From a virus: a stretch of DNA of 43,588 nucleotides. Made by a program: the position numbers and the translations under genes. Positions 23,750-33,963 of the stretch are shown here, in pieces; position 1 is the stretch's first letter, and the number at the start of each line of letters is the position of its first letter. The DNA lies in the IMG/VR virus record IMGVR_UViG_3300036799_000070, positions 1-43,588 of that record, one strand, 5' to 3'. The notes under the pieces are model-generated. The model was not told the DNA's origin, did no database searches, and worked only from the letters and a program-made list of their open reading frames with translations.

Positions 23750-24199
23750 TTACACTCCTAACAAAGCTGTATTCGACATTCCCACGTGCCGTGGCCCGAT
23801 CGAAAGGTTACGTGGCCGCCGGTACGCTTCACTGCGCCCACGACCGTCCAGCTCGTCTTGATGCTCCCACGTTCGCCACATCTGTTCGAACAAAACACAC
23901 GCGACCGACTTCGCCACGGGATACGTGTACCCATGAAAATACTGCACACCATCGATCGTCGCGCCCGGACACCACGGCGCCACGTCGATTTGAACGTGGA
24001 TCAGCTCCTCCTCGGCAATACTCGCCTGCCGCACTTCCGCCAATGCCTTGGCAAAATACTCATCTCGAGCCTGTTTGGACAGCTCGGCAACAACTGTCTT
24101 GCGAGCTTCCGCGCGAAGCTCCTGCAGCTCCTCATCAGTGAGAATCTGCAGGTTGAGAGGAAGTTTAGTGCGATCGAACGGGGTTTCTTTTTTGCTCAT
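23750..24199 (-). CDS. hypothetical structural-module protein
   Basis: 149 aa from ATG 24199 (ATGA overlap). The track ORF starts at TTG 24211. Confidence 0.6.
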   Translation of the reverse strand: MSKKETPFDRTKLPLNLQILTDEELQELRAEARKTVVAELSKQARDEYFAKALAEVRQASIAEEELIHVQIDVAPWCPGATIDGVQYFHGYTYPVAKSVACVLFEQMWRTWEHQDELDGRGRSEAYRRPRNLSIGPRHVGMSNTALLGV

Positions 24200-24492
24200 G
24201 TGTGTACCCAAGGAGCTCCTGATGCTGCGATCGTATTGGCCGACAAAAGAATAGGCCAGCCCTGCGCGTCAATAGCTACATAATCACCGGGGAGCACACG
24301 AAGCACCCCCCGGTTAGGAACGTACAAAAGCCCATTTTGTGCGTACGCCCCAGGCCAGATCGGATTACCATTGACCAAATCGTTCTTAATACCTTGCGCA
24401 ATTGTCGCAAGATCAGTGGTGTTCATCGACCTATTGAAAATAAGGGACGTAAGCGAATTGTTCGCGGTCGTCCCAACTGTGCCAGTCGCCAT
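24196..24492 (-). CDS. hypothetical structural-module protein
   Basis: 98-aa ORF, stop-start coupled on both sides. Confidence 0.6.
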   Translation of the reverse strand: MATGTVGTTANNSLTSLIFNRSMNTTDLATIAQGIKNDLVNGNPIWPGAYAQNGLLYVPNRGVLRVLPGDYVAIDAQGWPILLSANTIAASGAPWVHT

Positions 24493-24770
24493 CAGCCAGT
24501 CCCCGTCGAGAAAGCCGCGATCTGCGCGAGCGTAGCCGGGACGTTCATCTGCGCAGCGATGTCCGCAGCCATGGCATTGGTCAAGGTCGTCACGTCGCTA
24601 GACGTGAAAGTCTTAGTCATCTGGCCGGCTGGTGTACCGTTGAACAGCGACTTGCGCTGGGCCCCGCCGGCCGCTGCCATGCCTACGGAAGCCGCCGTAG
24701 CGCCCCCCATAGGCCCCATGCCGTCACCGACCCAGTCAACGTTCACGGAGTACGTAATTCTATAGCTCAT
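24492..24770 (-). CDS. hypothetical small head-associated protein
   Basis: 92-aa G/A/T-rich ORF. It is the first late-strand gene after the major capsid gene, separated from it by the antisense endonuclease gene. Confidence 0.55.
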   Translation of the reverse strand: MSYRITYSVNVDWVGDGMGPMGGATAASVGMAAAGGAQRKSLFNGTPAGQMTKTFTSSDVTTLTNAMAADIAAQMNVPATLAQIAAFSTGTG

Positions 24771-24814
24771 ACCAATCTCCTGTGGTATGGTAGGTCATTG
24801 AAAGGAGACCCACT

Positions 24815-25339
24815 ATGAATGAGCAGCGCATCTGTTACACCTGCAAGTCGCTCAAACCACTCACAGATTTTGTTCTCCGAAAAAGTACTCCATCTGGTCG
24901 AGGGTATCAATGCAGAGAATGCAATCGAAATGACGTACGGCGATGGCGAAAAAATAACCCCGAAAAACACCGTGAAAGCGTTAAATCTTGGCGCCGCTCT
25001 CGACCTGATAAAGTCGCGCAGTATGCAAAAAACTGGCGAAAAAACAACCCAAAAAAGGCCCTTTCTAACCAATTTCGAGACAACCACGGGATCACTACCG
25101 AACAGTACCTTGCTATGGTCGCTGCCCAAAATGGTTGCTGCGCCATTTGCGAACGTAGCACGTTTGGCAAAGGCAAGGCCAGTAAACTTTGGATCGACCA
25201 CTGCCACACTGAACTCCGTATTCGCGGTCTTCTCTGCCAGCGGTGCAATCTTGGGATCGGCTATTTCGAAGACGATCCCAAGCTTCTTCAATCTGCAATC
25301 AACTACCTAACCGAAGGTAGCGCTGAACGCAGAGGTTGA
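24815..25339 (+). CDS. endonuclease VII-family (HNH-like) nuclease, free-standing and opposite-strand
   Basis: 174 aa. GITTEQYLAMVAAQNGCCAICE...LWIDHCHTELRIRGLLCQRCNLGIGYFEDDPKLLQSAINYL is the Endonuclease_7 signature. N-terminal CYTC...CREC zinc motif. The 3-prime end overlaps the capsid gene stop convergently by 33 nt. Confidence 0.85.
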   Translation: MNEQRICYTCKSLKPLTDFVLRKSTPSGRGYQCRECNRNDVRRWRKNNPEKHRESVKSWRRSRPDKVAQYAKNWRKNNPKKALSNQFRDNHGITTEQYLAMVAAQNGCCAICERSTFGKGKASKLWIDHCHTELRIRGLLCQRCNLGIGYFEDDPKLLQSAINYLTEGSAERRG

Positions 25340-26647
25340 TTCTATGCGCATAAAGAACTGCTGGTTGCTGATTAATGTTCCATAAAAGTTTTTCCAGCCG
25401 ATGACGCGAAGCTGGTTCAGCGGGTCCGATTTGTCGGGCTCTTTTAGGTAAGTCATCTTGACCTGATCAAGGACAACCTGGGTGTACGCCCCACGACCGA
25501 AGATGAAGGTGGGGTACACCGTCACGGCCGTCGCAGGAGCTGCAGGCGGGGTCTGCGCAAGCCCAATACCTGTCACCGTCACCACAGCACCCGGAGCGAG
25601 CTGTGTAGCCTGCCCAGCAAGCGGACCACTTAGTGGCCCCGAAGCACTTAGTCCAAGATTAAACGGAGTGTTGGTCGTACCAACATAGATGCTGTAGGTG
25701 AACCCCGCCGTTGAAGGCAGCGTCACCTGAAGCGCCCCGTTAGCCCCGACCGCGGTGGTGTTGGACACCTGATAGATACGAGACTCGTACTGGTTTTGCA
25801 CGTCTGACCCGGTGACGATAATGAAGTAATTCGTTGCTGACAGCGTGCCGCCGCCGACCGCAACAGGATTGACTTGCGCAACCCCGGTAAAAGTCGGGAC
25901 CATGTTGGTCTGACAGAAACGAATGCCCCGCCACTCGCCGATCTCGTAGTTGTAGAGGCGATTGAGATCGCTGTAACTCCAAGCCGTTACGATCGTCTGA
26001 TTCTCGGAGAGATCACCGAGCGGGAAGGGGTGCGCCACCGCCACGTAATGCGGCATCTTGCGCGGATTGTTCGACGCCTTTGCGCCCCCGGCATCAGCCT
26101 GCAGCTTCATGTCGGTCATCTCGTCGCCCATAAACCGGGGCGCGCCGAGATTTATCAGCATGGCCGAAGCACGGTTGATTTCGTGGGGATTAAGCACGTC
26201 ACCAGTAACAAGAGACGCACGAGCACCACGAGTGTTGACGTAGTTGATCTGGCTACCAGCCAGGAGATTCTGGAAAGTGTTACGCTCCATTGTCTCGGCA
26301 ATTTGTAGGCCAATCAGCTCTGTTGCTTTCTTGAACAGAGGGTGCTTGATCGTCATTTCCGCTACGTCGGTAATGGTGATCTTGTCGCCCCACTGCTGTG
26401 CCTGCGCGCTGACTTGCTGCAGCGTCATCGACTGGCCCTGCGGAGGTACCCCTTCCGAGAGCGGCCCATACGGCAGCGGAACACGCGGGTAGCGGCTCGC
26501 GGTGTAGGTCGTACCACTGCCTTTGGGGAGATTCGCAGGGTCGCCTAACTGGTAGACAACCAGTTGCCGGCGCACGAGAGGAAGCGTCTTATCAGCGATG
26601 TACTGGCTTATATCGCCAGAAAATTGGGAAGCAACATTAGCAGCCAT
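25307..26647 (-). CDS. major capsid protein (HK97-fold type)
   Basis: 446 aa directly downstream of an acidic scaffold-like gene. The N-terminal pattern YIADKTLPLVRRQLVVYQLGDPANLPKGSGTTYTASRY is typical of podovirus major capsid proteins as I recall them. Confidence 0.75.
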   Translation of the reverse strand: MAANVASQFSGDISQYIADKTLPLVRRQLVVYQLGDPANLPKGSGTTYTASRYPRVPLPYGPLSEGVPPQGQSMTLQQVSAQAQQWGDKITITDVAEMTIKHPLFKKATELIGLQIAETMERNTFQNLLAGSQINYVNTRGARASLVTGDVLNPHEINRASAMLINLGAPRFMGDEMTDMKLQADAGGAKASNNPRKMPHYVAVAHPFPLGDLSENQTIVTAWSYSDLNRLYNYEIGEWRGIRFCQTNMVPTFTGVAQVNPVAVGGGTLSATNYFIIVTGSDVQNQYESRIYQVSNTTAVGANGALQVTLPSTAGFTYSIYVGTTNTPFNLGLSASGPLSGPLAGQATQLAPGAVVTVTGIGLAQTPPAAPATAVTVYPTFIFGRGAYTQVVLDQVKMTYLKEPDKSDPLNQLRVIGWKNFYGTLISNQQFFMRIESTSAFSATFG

Positions 26648-26687
26648 TTACCGCTCTCCGAAGTTAGGGCGGTGAATGGCCACCGCC

Positions 26688-27452
26688 TCAGATTTGAGTA
26701 TCACCGTACCGGCGTTCAAAATCAGAAAGCCCTGGAGATCGCGCTGCGCGCCGTTCCGGCTGCACATCGCCACGGCCATTGGCCGGCCGCACCCGCTCAC
26801 GCTCCACCCGGCGAGCTGCCTTGCCATCTCCCTTGCCCCGATTAGAGAGAAAGCGCTGCCCAACCAGATAGATGTAGATGTTTTCTCGGGGGAGGTACTG
26901 CCCCCTAGCGATGCAGGCTTGGTACTCACGTTCAACATCTGCAGAAAGCTTTGACCGAAGCTTGTCACCGGACGAACGCGCATCCCAGGCAGTTTTGTCC
27001 TGCTGGGTCTGCATGTTGAAAACCATCGCGGAAGTCTGCTGCTGGTGCGCCTTGAGAGACCGATCAAGCCGGTACTCCATGCGCTCCTCGGGAGACATAA
27101 GCGACAAGCGCTCTTGCTCCAAACGAGGGTCTTCTGGAGGCTGGACCTGCTGACGAGTCTGCCGAAGCTCTGCCATCTCCCGACGCAGCGCCGCCAACTC
27201 CTCAGCCTGCTGGCGCCGATCAGCCCGCAGGGCAGCAACGGTGCGCCCAGCACGGGAGGCTGGTTGTCGTGGGGGAGTAGGTTCCTGGGAACCGGAAGCA
27301 TCCTCCGGCTCCGGTTCACCACCATCGTCATCGTTTTCATCGGCCCCGCCAGCCGCGTCATCCTCTTCTGCACCAGGTTGGCCAGCAGGATCAGAGTCAA
27401 GCTCGTCATCCGTCAAATCGAGATCGTCATCTTGCGGGGTGTCGTCAGCCAT
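26688..27452 (-). CDS. scaffolding protein (putative)
   Basis: 254 aa from ATG 27452 (MADDTPQDDDLDL...). Extremely acidic N-terminal ~60 aa, then a helical, charged region. Lies immediately upstream of the capsid gene. Confidence 0.6.
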   Translation of the reverse strand: MADDTPQDDDLDLTDDELDSDPAGQPGAEEDDAAGGADENDDDGGEPEPEDASGSQEPTPPRQPASRAGRTVAALRADRRQQAEELAALRREMAELRQTRQQVQPPEDPRLEQERLSLMSPEERMEYRLDRSLKAHQQQTSAMVFNMQTQQDKTAWDARSSGDKLRSKLSADVEREYQACIARGQYLPRENIYIYLVGQRFLSNRGKGDGKAARRVERERVRPANGRGDVQPERRAARSPGLSDFERRYGDTQI

Positions 27453-27518
27453 TTCCACTCTCCAGTGCGTTAACGAGCACAACTCGGGAGCAGGTTACGC
27501 CTGCCAAGCGAATAGAGC

Positions 27519-27547
27519 ACTACAGAACAAAACAGGAAAAAAGTCAA
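27519..27547 (-). promoter_or_regulatory. candidate sigma70-like promoter for the scaffold/capsid genes
   Basis: The minus strand reads TTGACT (27547-27542), a 17-nt spacer, then TGTAGT (27524-27519), in the gap between the tailspike stop and the scaffold start. Confidence 0.25.
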
Positions 27548-27555
27548 GTAGAGAC

Positions 27556-30500
27556 CTAGACCCCTGTCTGCGTTCCAAAGCTAGGTATCGTGGTGTCAGT
27601 AATGAGCGCGGTACTCGACCAAGTCGGGTCTTGGTAATAAAACGGAGCTGGCGTGACAAAGATGCCCTGGTCTGTCTGCACTGATACCGTACCCATAGCG
27701 TATTTGGTGATGGGATTGCCGGGCGCTCCAATGCTGGTTGCAAACCCAACAAGCCCCGATATCCAACCGGCATAAGCAGCAAAACTGTCCGCGCCGAGCG
27801 GAGTACTTGTGGTTCCTGCAGCGGCCGTGATCGTTCTAATTCCCGTGGTTGTCAGGTCGATCGTTGCGCTCAGATTGGATGGTGCAAGCGTCGCATCAAA
27901 GCCAACTGCAGAGATGACCATCGTTGCGGCCCCTCCGGACGTGTCAGCCTGTTGGACGTTCACTATCAAAGCGATGAGCTTGCCCTGAACTTTTATGTTG
28001 CTTCCTAGGTTAGATGGGCTAGACGGCATAAGCCCGGCAAAACCACGCTTGCCGTATGTAAATGCCGGCACCCCTTGTTGCGGGGCAATACGAGCATCCT
28101 CAACGTAGGGGTGCCCACTACTGCCGATAACGGTCACACTCTGACATGATACCGGGGCGAACTTAAGCGGGTTGGTCACAACAGTATGCGTTCCAATTCC
28201 CGCCTGCGCGACATTCACAGATGTTGCGCCGTTATCCGCCGATATCTGAAACTTGTCCGCTCCTCCGACGCCGCTGTTCTTGACTGTGTACAAAGTGGTT
28301 GTCGAAAGCATCGGATTGACCGTCATGCTCTCTGCACCTACTGACTGACTTATATTGATAAAATAGGTTCCGGCGAACCCAACACCGCCTTTTGGCCCTG
28401 TGATGATGGTGCCTGCCGCTACGCCAGCGCCGACGACCGCTGCTGGGTACGCAAATATTGCACCGCTGAAAGAACCCCCTAGCGTAAGAGTGTTTCCAGA
28501 CATCGAGGAGGACGTGGCGGTTGCCCACACTGTATCTGATGCCGGCAGTTTACCAGTTGTTTGCAGCGCGAGAGGCGTTCCATTTGCCGGGGCCGTCGTT
28601 CCCCAATCAAATACCGCGGGACTTGCCGCAGAAATTGTCGCGTTGTGAGAGGCCGACGAACCTGCCGGAAGTGACGGTAACGTGGTTGCTACATCAAACG
28701 TCGGTTTCTGGTATACCGTGCATGTCGTTGCCGCACCCGACACCTGGACAGGATCACCATTCTCATACAACGCCAATTTGAAAGCGTTGGCCGATTTCTG
28801 GACGGCAAAATACTTGAAATTAGTAAACAGTTGCCCACCAGACGGCAATGTTCCCGTTAGCATAATCACATCGCCATTCGCGACCGGTGTACCTACCCAT
28901 GGAACTGTTGCATCGCCTAACGTAGGGGGGGATAAAGGTCCAATATTACTTGCCGTGCTGCTGCTTGCCGCCTGCCCCGGAGTAACGTTGAGGATTTTGA
29001 ATGGTGCTCCCATGTTAGGGTTTACACCAGCCATGTCATTAATAAACCCGGCACGACCACGAATCATCCATGAATTAGCCAGCCCGACGCGCTCTAGCGG
29101 TTGGGAGATCACCCCTCCAACGAATGTCCAGTCATTCAAGAAGTCGGAGAATGACGCCGGAGTCTGACTGTCCAACCGAACATTGTCCTGGAAATTGCCT
29201 ACCGTGCAACCTTCAAGATATAAATTCTCAGTCACTCCGTAGCCGAGAGGGCCGATGTTTATGCCCAACGGGAATGAACAGCCCCTCGCGGCCATGTTCT
29301 TTGCCGTGCCATTCATGTACGCATCACGACATCCAACCAGTTCAAGTCGGTTTGGTCCGCTCCCTTCCACTTGAATATTCAGGTTTGTTTCTTTGGAGTC
29401 TTCAATTCGTGAGTAATCTATCAGCTTATCGTAAACGATGGATGATGTTTCCGGGTTTACCAGAATGAGGGATTGTCCGGAGCCTAACACAAGCCCGTCG
29501 CCGATAGGCGGGGATTTGAAATCCACGACCTTAGTGCTTCGTCCAACCAGCTGTTTTTGACCGATCGGATTGTCGTTACGAATACCATATATCTCAATTT
29601 CAGCATCCCACACTGGAGCACACGGAGCAAGTCGCGCCGGGCCAATGATCAGCGCCTGACCGGGGTCTGGTGTGATAAATTGTGGGTCTGTATCGAGGTA
29701 GCCATTGAGAAGGTAATACCGTGCGCCGCCTATAGTGCCTAACGTGACTGTCGTCCCGGAAATGTCTTGAATCGGAACATACTCGTACGTCGGCGGATTG
29801 GCTGGCGTACTGTTTGGGATATTGCTAGATGAAAATTGATTTTGCGCGTCACCACAATAGACCATGGCCCTTCCACCAATGGTGAATAGAGCCGCATCTG
29901 CAGAACTCTTTAGCGTGATGGTGAATGAACCTGGAGATACAGAATTGATTGGCGCACTGCTAAATGGTCCAAATCCTCCGGACCAACCAATGGTAGGAAA
30001 ACCAAAAACAAGGTTAGCCGGCCGAGGTATAATCACGCCGTAGGCATAGACCCTAAACTTTCGCGGCCCAATGAAAAAGATGTTAGTGCTGGTGTAGTAC
30101 GTTCCTGGAGGAATCCAGAAATTCAGCCAATCCGCATTGACCGTGCTCATGTAACAATTGACGGCGGAACCCGTAAAGGTCATCGTCGCCGGTTGCGGTC
30201 CGCCGATAGCGCCGGTCAAAAACAGCGCCCACGGATCAGTCGCCGTAACGTTGAAGCTATTCGCCGCTATATCTACAAAAGCAGCATAAACGATCGTAAT
30301 TGCCGCCAAGCCGCCGGGAAGACTGCCGCCAGGGCCAGGAAAAAACACGACTGGATCGGTCACGCGCAGCCGATGCGGCGTCGGCGAACCACCGGGGACG
30401 TCGAGAGTCGTAACAACGCCGGTTCCCACGTTGATGCTGACCGGAATTGGCGGTCCGTAAACCGGCTGTACCGACTTGAACGTGGACGCCATATTCAGAA

Positions 30501-30801
30501 AGGCAGCCGAATTGTCAGTTGGAGTTACCGAATTTCCATCCGCTACGAGACCATATGCGGAAGCAAGGTTGATTAAATTGCCGCTACCTCCACCGCCGCC
30601 GCCACCAGCCGGACCAGTAGGACCAGTAGGCCCGGTCGGACCTGTTGCACCCTGCGGTGCAGGATTATCAATGACATTATAATAAGAGTTTATTATATCG
30701 TCCAGTGTGGTCCGCGTAATCGCAGGCGATATTTGACCTGTTGTATTATCAGGCAAATTCGCAGAAACCTCAGCTAAAAGTTGAGCTATTGATTTAGCCA
30801 T
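27556..30801 (-). CDS. tailspike/fibre with collagen-like tract and pectate-lyase-type beta-helix (putative depolymerase)
   Basis: 1081 aa. N-terminal LPDNTTGQISPAITRTTLDDIINS, a fibre N-terminal motif. GATGPTGPTGPTGPAGGGGGGGSG at about 30583-30651. SAYGLVADGNSVTPTDNSAAF resembles the start of pectate_lyase_3 domains. Confidence 0.7.
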   Translation of the reverse strand: MAKSIAQLLAEVSANLPDNTTGQISPAITRTTLDDIINSYYNVIDNPAPQGATGPTGPTGPTGPAGGGGGGGSGNLINLASAYGLVADGNSVTPTDNSAAFLNMASTFKSVQPVYGPPIPVSINVGTGVVTTLDVPGGSPTPHRLRVTDPVVFFPGPGGSLPGGLAAITIVYAAFVDIAANSFNVTATDPWALFLTGAIGGPQPATMTFTGSAVNCYMSTVNADWLNFWIPPGTYYTSTNIFFIGPRKFRVYAYGVIIPRPANLVFGFPTIGWSGGFGPFSSAPINSVSPGSFTITLKSSADAALFTIGGRAMVYCGDAQNQFSSSNIPNSTPANPPTYEYVPIQDISGTTVTLGTIGGARYYLLNGYLDTDPQFITPDPGQALIIGPARLAPCAPVWDAEIEIYGIRNDNPIGQKQLVGRSTKVVDFKSPPIGDGLVLGSGQSLILVNPETSSIVYDKLIDYSRIEDSKETNLNIQVEGSGPNRLELVGCRDAYMNGTAKNMAARGCSFPLGINIGPLGYGVTENLYLEGCTVGNFQDNVRLDSQTPASFSDFLNDWTFVGGVISQPLERVGLANSWMIRGRAGFINDMAGVNPNMGAPFKILNVTPGQAASSSTASNIGPLSPPTLGDATVPWVGTPVANGDVIMLTGTLPSGGQLFTNFKYFAVQKSANAFKLALYENGDPVQVSGAATTCTVYQKPTFDVATTLPSLPAGSSASHNATISAASPAVFDWGTTAPANGTPLALQTTGKLPASDTVWATATSSSMSGNTLTLGGSFSGAIFAYPAAVVGAGVAAGTIITGPKGGVGFAGTYFINISQSVGAESMTVNPMLSTTTLYTVKNSGVGGADKFQISADNGATSVNVAQAGIGTHTVVTNPLKFAPVSCQSVTVIGSSGHPYVEDARIAPQQGVPAFTYGKRGFAGLMPSSPSNLGSNIKVQGKLIALIVNVQQADTSGGAATMVISAVGFDATLAPSNLSATIDLTTTGIRTITAAAGTTSTPLGADSFAAYAGWISGLVGFATSIGAPGNPITKYAMGTVSVQTDQGIFVTPAPFYYQDPTWSSTALITDTTIPSFGTQTGV

Positions 30802-30810
30802 AGCAGTTTC

Positions 30811-31062
30811 CTAGTCCTCTTTTGGCTTCGCGGCCGGCGCGGGCACAGCTGCCTTTTGCTGCGCATCTCGCTCCAACTTTTCCCAGAACTGTATAAGGGG
30901 AAGAACCTCGTCAAACTTTAATTGACCAAGAGCTTTTCGAAATGTTTCCCACGTCTGCTGGTCGATCGTAATCGGGGCAAACGCGGTCGCGGTCGCGGCC
31001 GGCTGCTGCGCAAGCGCTGCCGTCGAAAACAACATCAATATGAGCAAGATTATCATGTTCAT
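30811..31062 (-). CDS. small secreted protein
   Basis: 83 aa. Signal peptide MNMIILLILMLFSTAALA followed by QQPA. ATGA-coupled to the upstream gene. Confidence 0.6.
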   Translation of the reverse strand: MNMIILLILMLFSTAALAQQPAATATAFAPITIDQQTWETFRKALGQLKFDEVLPLIQFWEKLERDAQQKAAVPAPAAKPKED

Positions 31063-32291
31063 GCGTTCACCAATGCACTATATCCGCCGTATGCCGATCC
31101 AAACTCCTGCTGTGGCGGATAGTTGAACTGCTTAACCAATTGCCCATCCGCTGGATTTGCAAAATCAAACACTCCTCGCATATCAGCGCGGTTGAATAGA
31201 CCCAATGGAAGAGGCCCCCGCCAAGTAAACAAACCATCAATAATAAGGCTGCAGTCTGTACCACCAACATCTCGAAACTGCTGCATCTGAACATCTGTAA
31301 TGATCGTCGGGTTACTTATTCTGACGCTTGATCCCTGCACAACAGAAAAAGGACTCCAAACAACGCCAAGCGCCGATTCGTTGCGATGCACGATGAAAGG
31401 CTTTTCAAAGACAATATTTTCCGAAAAACCCTCCACGAAGGCAACACGATTATGAATATTCTTAGCCACCGGATTCCAAGCTACGACATCTATGCAATTA
31501 AATAAGCTGAACATACGACCGCATGATGCTTGACCGCGAGTGTTACTGTTACATCCCAACATGGCATTGTTGATCTCGACATGACGACAACGGCCGAGAA
31601 CAAACAAGCCAGCCCCCATGTCTCCGATGCCGCCCGGATTTCCAATGATATTTTCAAACTTGATATTAACGCCCCATTGAAAATAAAATCCACCCTCTAC
31701 GCTGAGTCCTGTATCGCCCACAATGACGCCATTACAAAAGGTAACATTCAGCGGGAAGTCGTCATTAAGAAGCCAAACAGACGAATTGTCCGCAGTAGCC
31801 ACTGGTGCGCTGACGATTGGTATGCTGTACGGAATCACCCAATCAATCGTAATTATGTTCCCGTTAATGGCAGTGACTTGCACCACTACCGAATACCGAG
31901 CTTCATTAGTGTCCCAAGGATTATTTCCTAAACGGATCGCCACCCAACTTCCTACGGACAGACCTGCAACAGATGAAAGCGGAAGTTGCGAAGTCGGTCC
32001 GACAATATCCGCCGTCACACGGCCAATAAGGGTCTTTGTCGCATCGGACGGATTAGCAAATATCCCAATTTCTGTTGGATAACCAACACCAGATATGACC
32101 GTCGATCCATGAAAGTCCCAAATTACATTCTGCCTCGGAAGCAACGAATATCCGACACGATAAGTCCGACCGGGCTCAAGATCAATCTGCGTGCCGCCCG
32201 CTGCAACGACCGCAGCAGAATATGCGTTGATTCCAGCACTGTCATCAGCAACGCCATCGCCTTTAATACCGAATAAGTCTTGAGGAAGCAT
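31059..32291 (-). CDS. pectate-lyase-superfamily beta-helix protein (second putative depolymerase)
   Basis: 410 aa. N-terminal FGIKGDGVADDSAGINAYSAAV matches the GxKGDGVTDD start of pectate_lyase_3 domains. No signal peptide. Confidence 0.65.
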   Translation of the reverse strand: MLPQDLFGIKGDGVADDSAGINAYSAAVVAAGGTQIDLEPGRTYRVGYSLLPRQNVIWDFHGSTVISGVGYPTEIGIFANPSDATKTLIGRVTADIVGPTSQLPLSSVAGLSVGSWVAIRLGNNPWDTNEARYSVVVQVTAINGNIITIDWVIPYSIPIVSAPVATADNSSVWLLNDDFPLNVTFCNGVIVGDTGLSVEGGFYFQWGVNIKFENIIGNPGGIGDMGAGLFVLGRCRHVEINNAMLGCNSNTRGQASCGRMFSLFNCIDVVAWNPVAKNIHNRVAFVEGFSENIVFEKPFIVHRNESALGVVWSPFSVVQGSSVRISNPTIITDVQMQQFRDVGGTDCSLIIDGLFTWRGPLPLGLFNRADMRGVFDFANPADGQLVKQFNYPPQQEFGSAYGGYSALVNA

Positions 32292-32292
32292 A

Positions 32293-33963
32293 TTATTTTC
32301 TCTTCAGTTCGTCGAGTTCTGCCTTCAGAGATTTAATTGCGCCGAGAGCAATGAAAACTAGCTCCGTCTGTTTGATCGCATTTGGCCGCCCTTCAAAATC
32401 ATTGACAACCAGTTCAGGCATGATCTCTGCGACTTGCTCAGCAAGTAGGCCAAGATGGCGTTCATCGCCAAGATTGTCGACATCCTTGTATTTGAACGAC
32501 ACCAAGTTGAATGCGCCAACGGCGGAAAGAAGAGCATCCGAAGACAACGCCGCGATGTCCTTCTTATATCGCTCAGAAGAAACGGTGCACTGTTGCGCTA
32601 TGGTGCTATACGTGAACAGGTGCGTCGTGCTGTTATAGCAAAGCATGTTTGCTTCGCTCGTCTGGGCCAACACGGCTGATAATGTGCCCCCAAACGCTCC
32701 CGCATTCTGGACATTGAGAGTTCCAGAGCCCAGGCTTGATGATGTCCCAATAAAGGTTCCGCCGTCAACGGCCATCGTCAATTGTAGTCCACCATTATTA
32801 GTGTAAAACCCAACTGGATGATTTGTTACCGTTCCCAGCTGCACATCAGTAGACGTGTTATAGAACGCGAAAGTTGGTCCCCCACCGCGTAAAATTTGAA
32901 ACGCAGGCTGTGTTACAGTAGGAGACGCATTAATTTGTAATTGCCCTCCGTCAGCAGGAGCGCCTTCCGTAATCAAAGCCATTATTTGAGTGCCGGATGC
33001 AGGGGTGTTAAACCAGCGCCCAACATAATATATACCAGAAACGCCGTAGGTATTTGTAGGAGTTTGAAAACGCAACTCCGGGTAATGATTTACATCATCC
33101 CACAGCGCTCGCAGAAATGGAAGAGAAATTCCAGGCTCAACCTCACCGCCAGTAGCACCGGCTGACTTCGGCCCAATCCAAAGCTGCAATCCGCCCTGAC
33201 CAAGCTCCATCCCATTCCAATTCTGCAATGGATCGTTGTAGACATCTACGCCGGCCACAGCCGATACGGTGCTTATCGTTTTCCAATTAGACGATACAGT
33301 AGGATCGTTTCCTACATTTCCATTGATCTTGCTGGTGTAGACAAATCCATTGTTAGCAGCACAGTCCGGCGCAGCGCAGTTGACCACTTGTCCAATGGAG
33401 TATGTCTGTGATGCCACATAATCTAATGGGTACACATGAGAAAAATTCGTAAAGATTTGCATCGATCCATCTGAACCGCCGCGAATATCAAGAGTAGCGT
33501 TACTAGGCTGGCTTGTGTCCCCAGGGTTGTATATGTTGATAGACCCCGTGCCAAACGCACTGTTCTTGACGACAATAGAATTATTCCCAAGAATGGGACC
33601 ATTTGATTTGGTCCGAGTGCTCGTGTCGATTGTCAGCGTCCCAACGGCAGAAGTCGGGTTGGAATAAGTCATGACCGTCGTGCAGGCAACTTTTTCAGGA
33701 CTGCCAGTACTGTAAAGCACATCACCAGATACGGAACATCCCGTAAGCGCGCCAACGATCGAAGATGCAGTAGCAGAAGCAATCAATTTTCCATTGATAT
33801 CACACTGCCAAGGAACCACCTGCCGATCTGTCAACGTCGGAGGCGTAGCATTGTAAATGCAACCAGGCATGCTGTCCGGGGAAGTCTGCTGCGCCTGTGC
33901 GACGGGAAGGAAAACCGTCAGAAGCAAGATCAGTGCAACAAGAGCTTGCCATTTGTATCGCAT
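32293..33963 (-). CDS. tail fibre with C-terminal S74 intramolecular-chaperone domain and signal-peptide-like N-terminus
   Basis: 556 aa from ATG 33963 (MRYKWQALVALILLLTVFLPVAQA followed by QQTS). The C-terminus SSERYKKDIAALSSDALLSAVGAFNLVSFKYKD...HLGLLAEQVAEIMPELV is the peptidase S74 chaperone signature. The track start at 34101 adds an implausible 46 aa. Confidence 0.75.
   Translation of the reverse strand: MRYKWQALVALILLLTVFLPVAQAQQTSPDSMPGCIYNATPPTLTDRQVVPWQCDINGKLIASATASSIVGALTGCSVSGDVLYSTGSPEKVACTTVMTYSNPTSAVGTLTIDTSTRTKSNGPILGNNSIVVKNSAFGTGSINIYNPGDTSQPSNATLDIRGGSDGSMQIFTNFSHVYPLDYVASQTYSIGQVVNCAAPDCAANNGFVYTSKINGNVGNDPTVSSNWKTISTVSAVAGVDVYNDPLQNWNGMELGQGGLQLWIGPKSAGATGGEVEPGISLPFLRALWDDVNHYPELRFQTPTNTYGVSGIYYVGRWFNTPASGTQIMALITEGAPADGGQLQINASPTVTQPAFQILRGGGPTFAFYNTSTDVQLGTVTNHPVGFYTNNGGLQLTMAVDGGTFIGTSSSLGSGTLNVQNAGAFGGTLSAVLAQTSEANMLCYNSTTHLFTYSTIAQQCTVSSERYKKDIAALSSDALLSAVGAFNLVSFKYKDVDNLGDERHLGLLAEQVAEIMPELVVNDFEGRPNAIKQTELVFIALGAIKSLKAELDELKRK

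Noticed and set aside
24767-25291. 174-aa minus-strand ORF exactly antisense to the endonuclease VII gene, in the same orientation as the late operon
   Set aside because: The plus-strand frame carries a complete, unmistakable endonuclease VII/HNH signature. The antisense product is mostly F/L/S/R-rich, typical of the reverse complement of a K/R/N-rich gene. It is most likely a shadow ORF.
26648-27409. 253-aa alternative frame over the scaffold gene
   Set aside because: The competing frame (26688-27452) starts with a sensible ATG just upstream of the capsid gene and has scaffold-like composition. This frame is R/S/L-rich.
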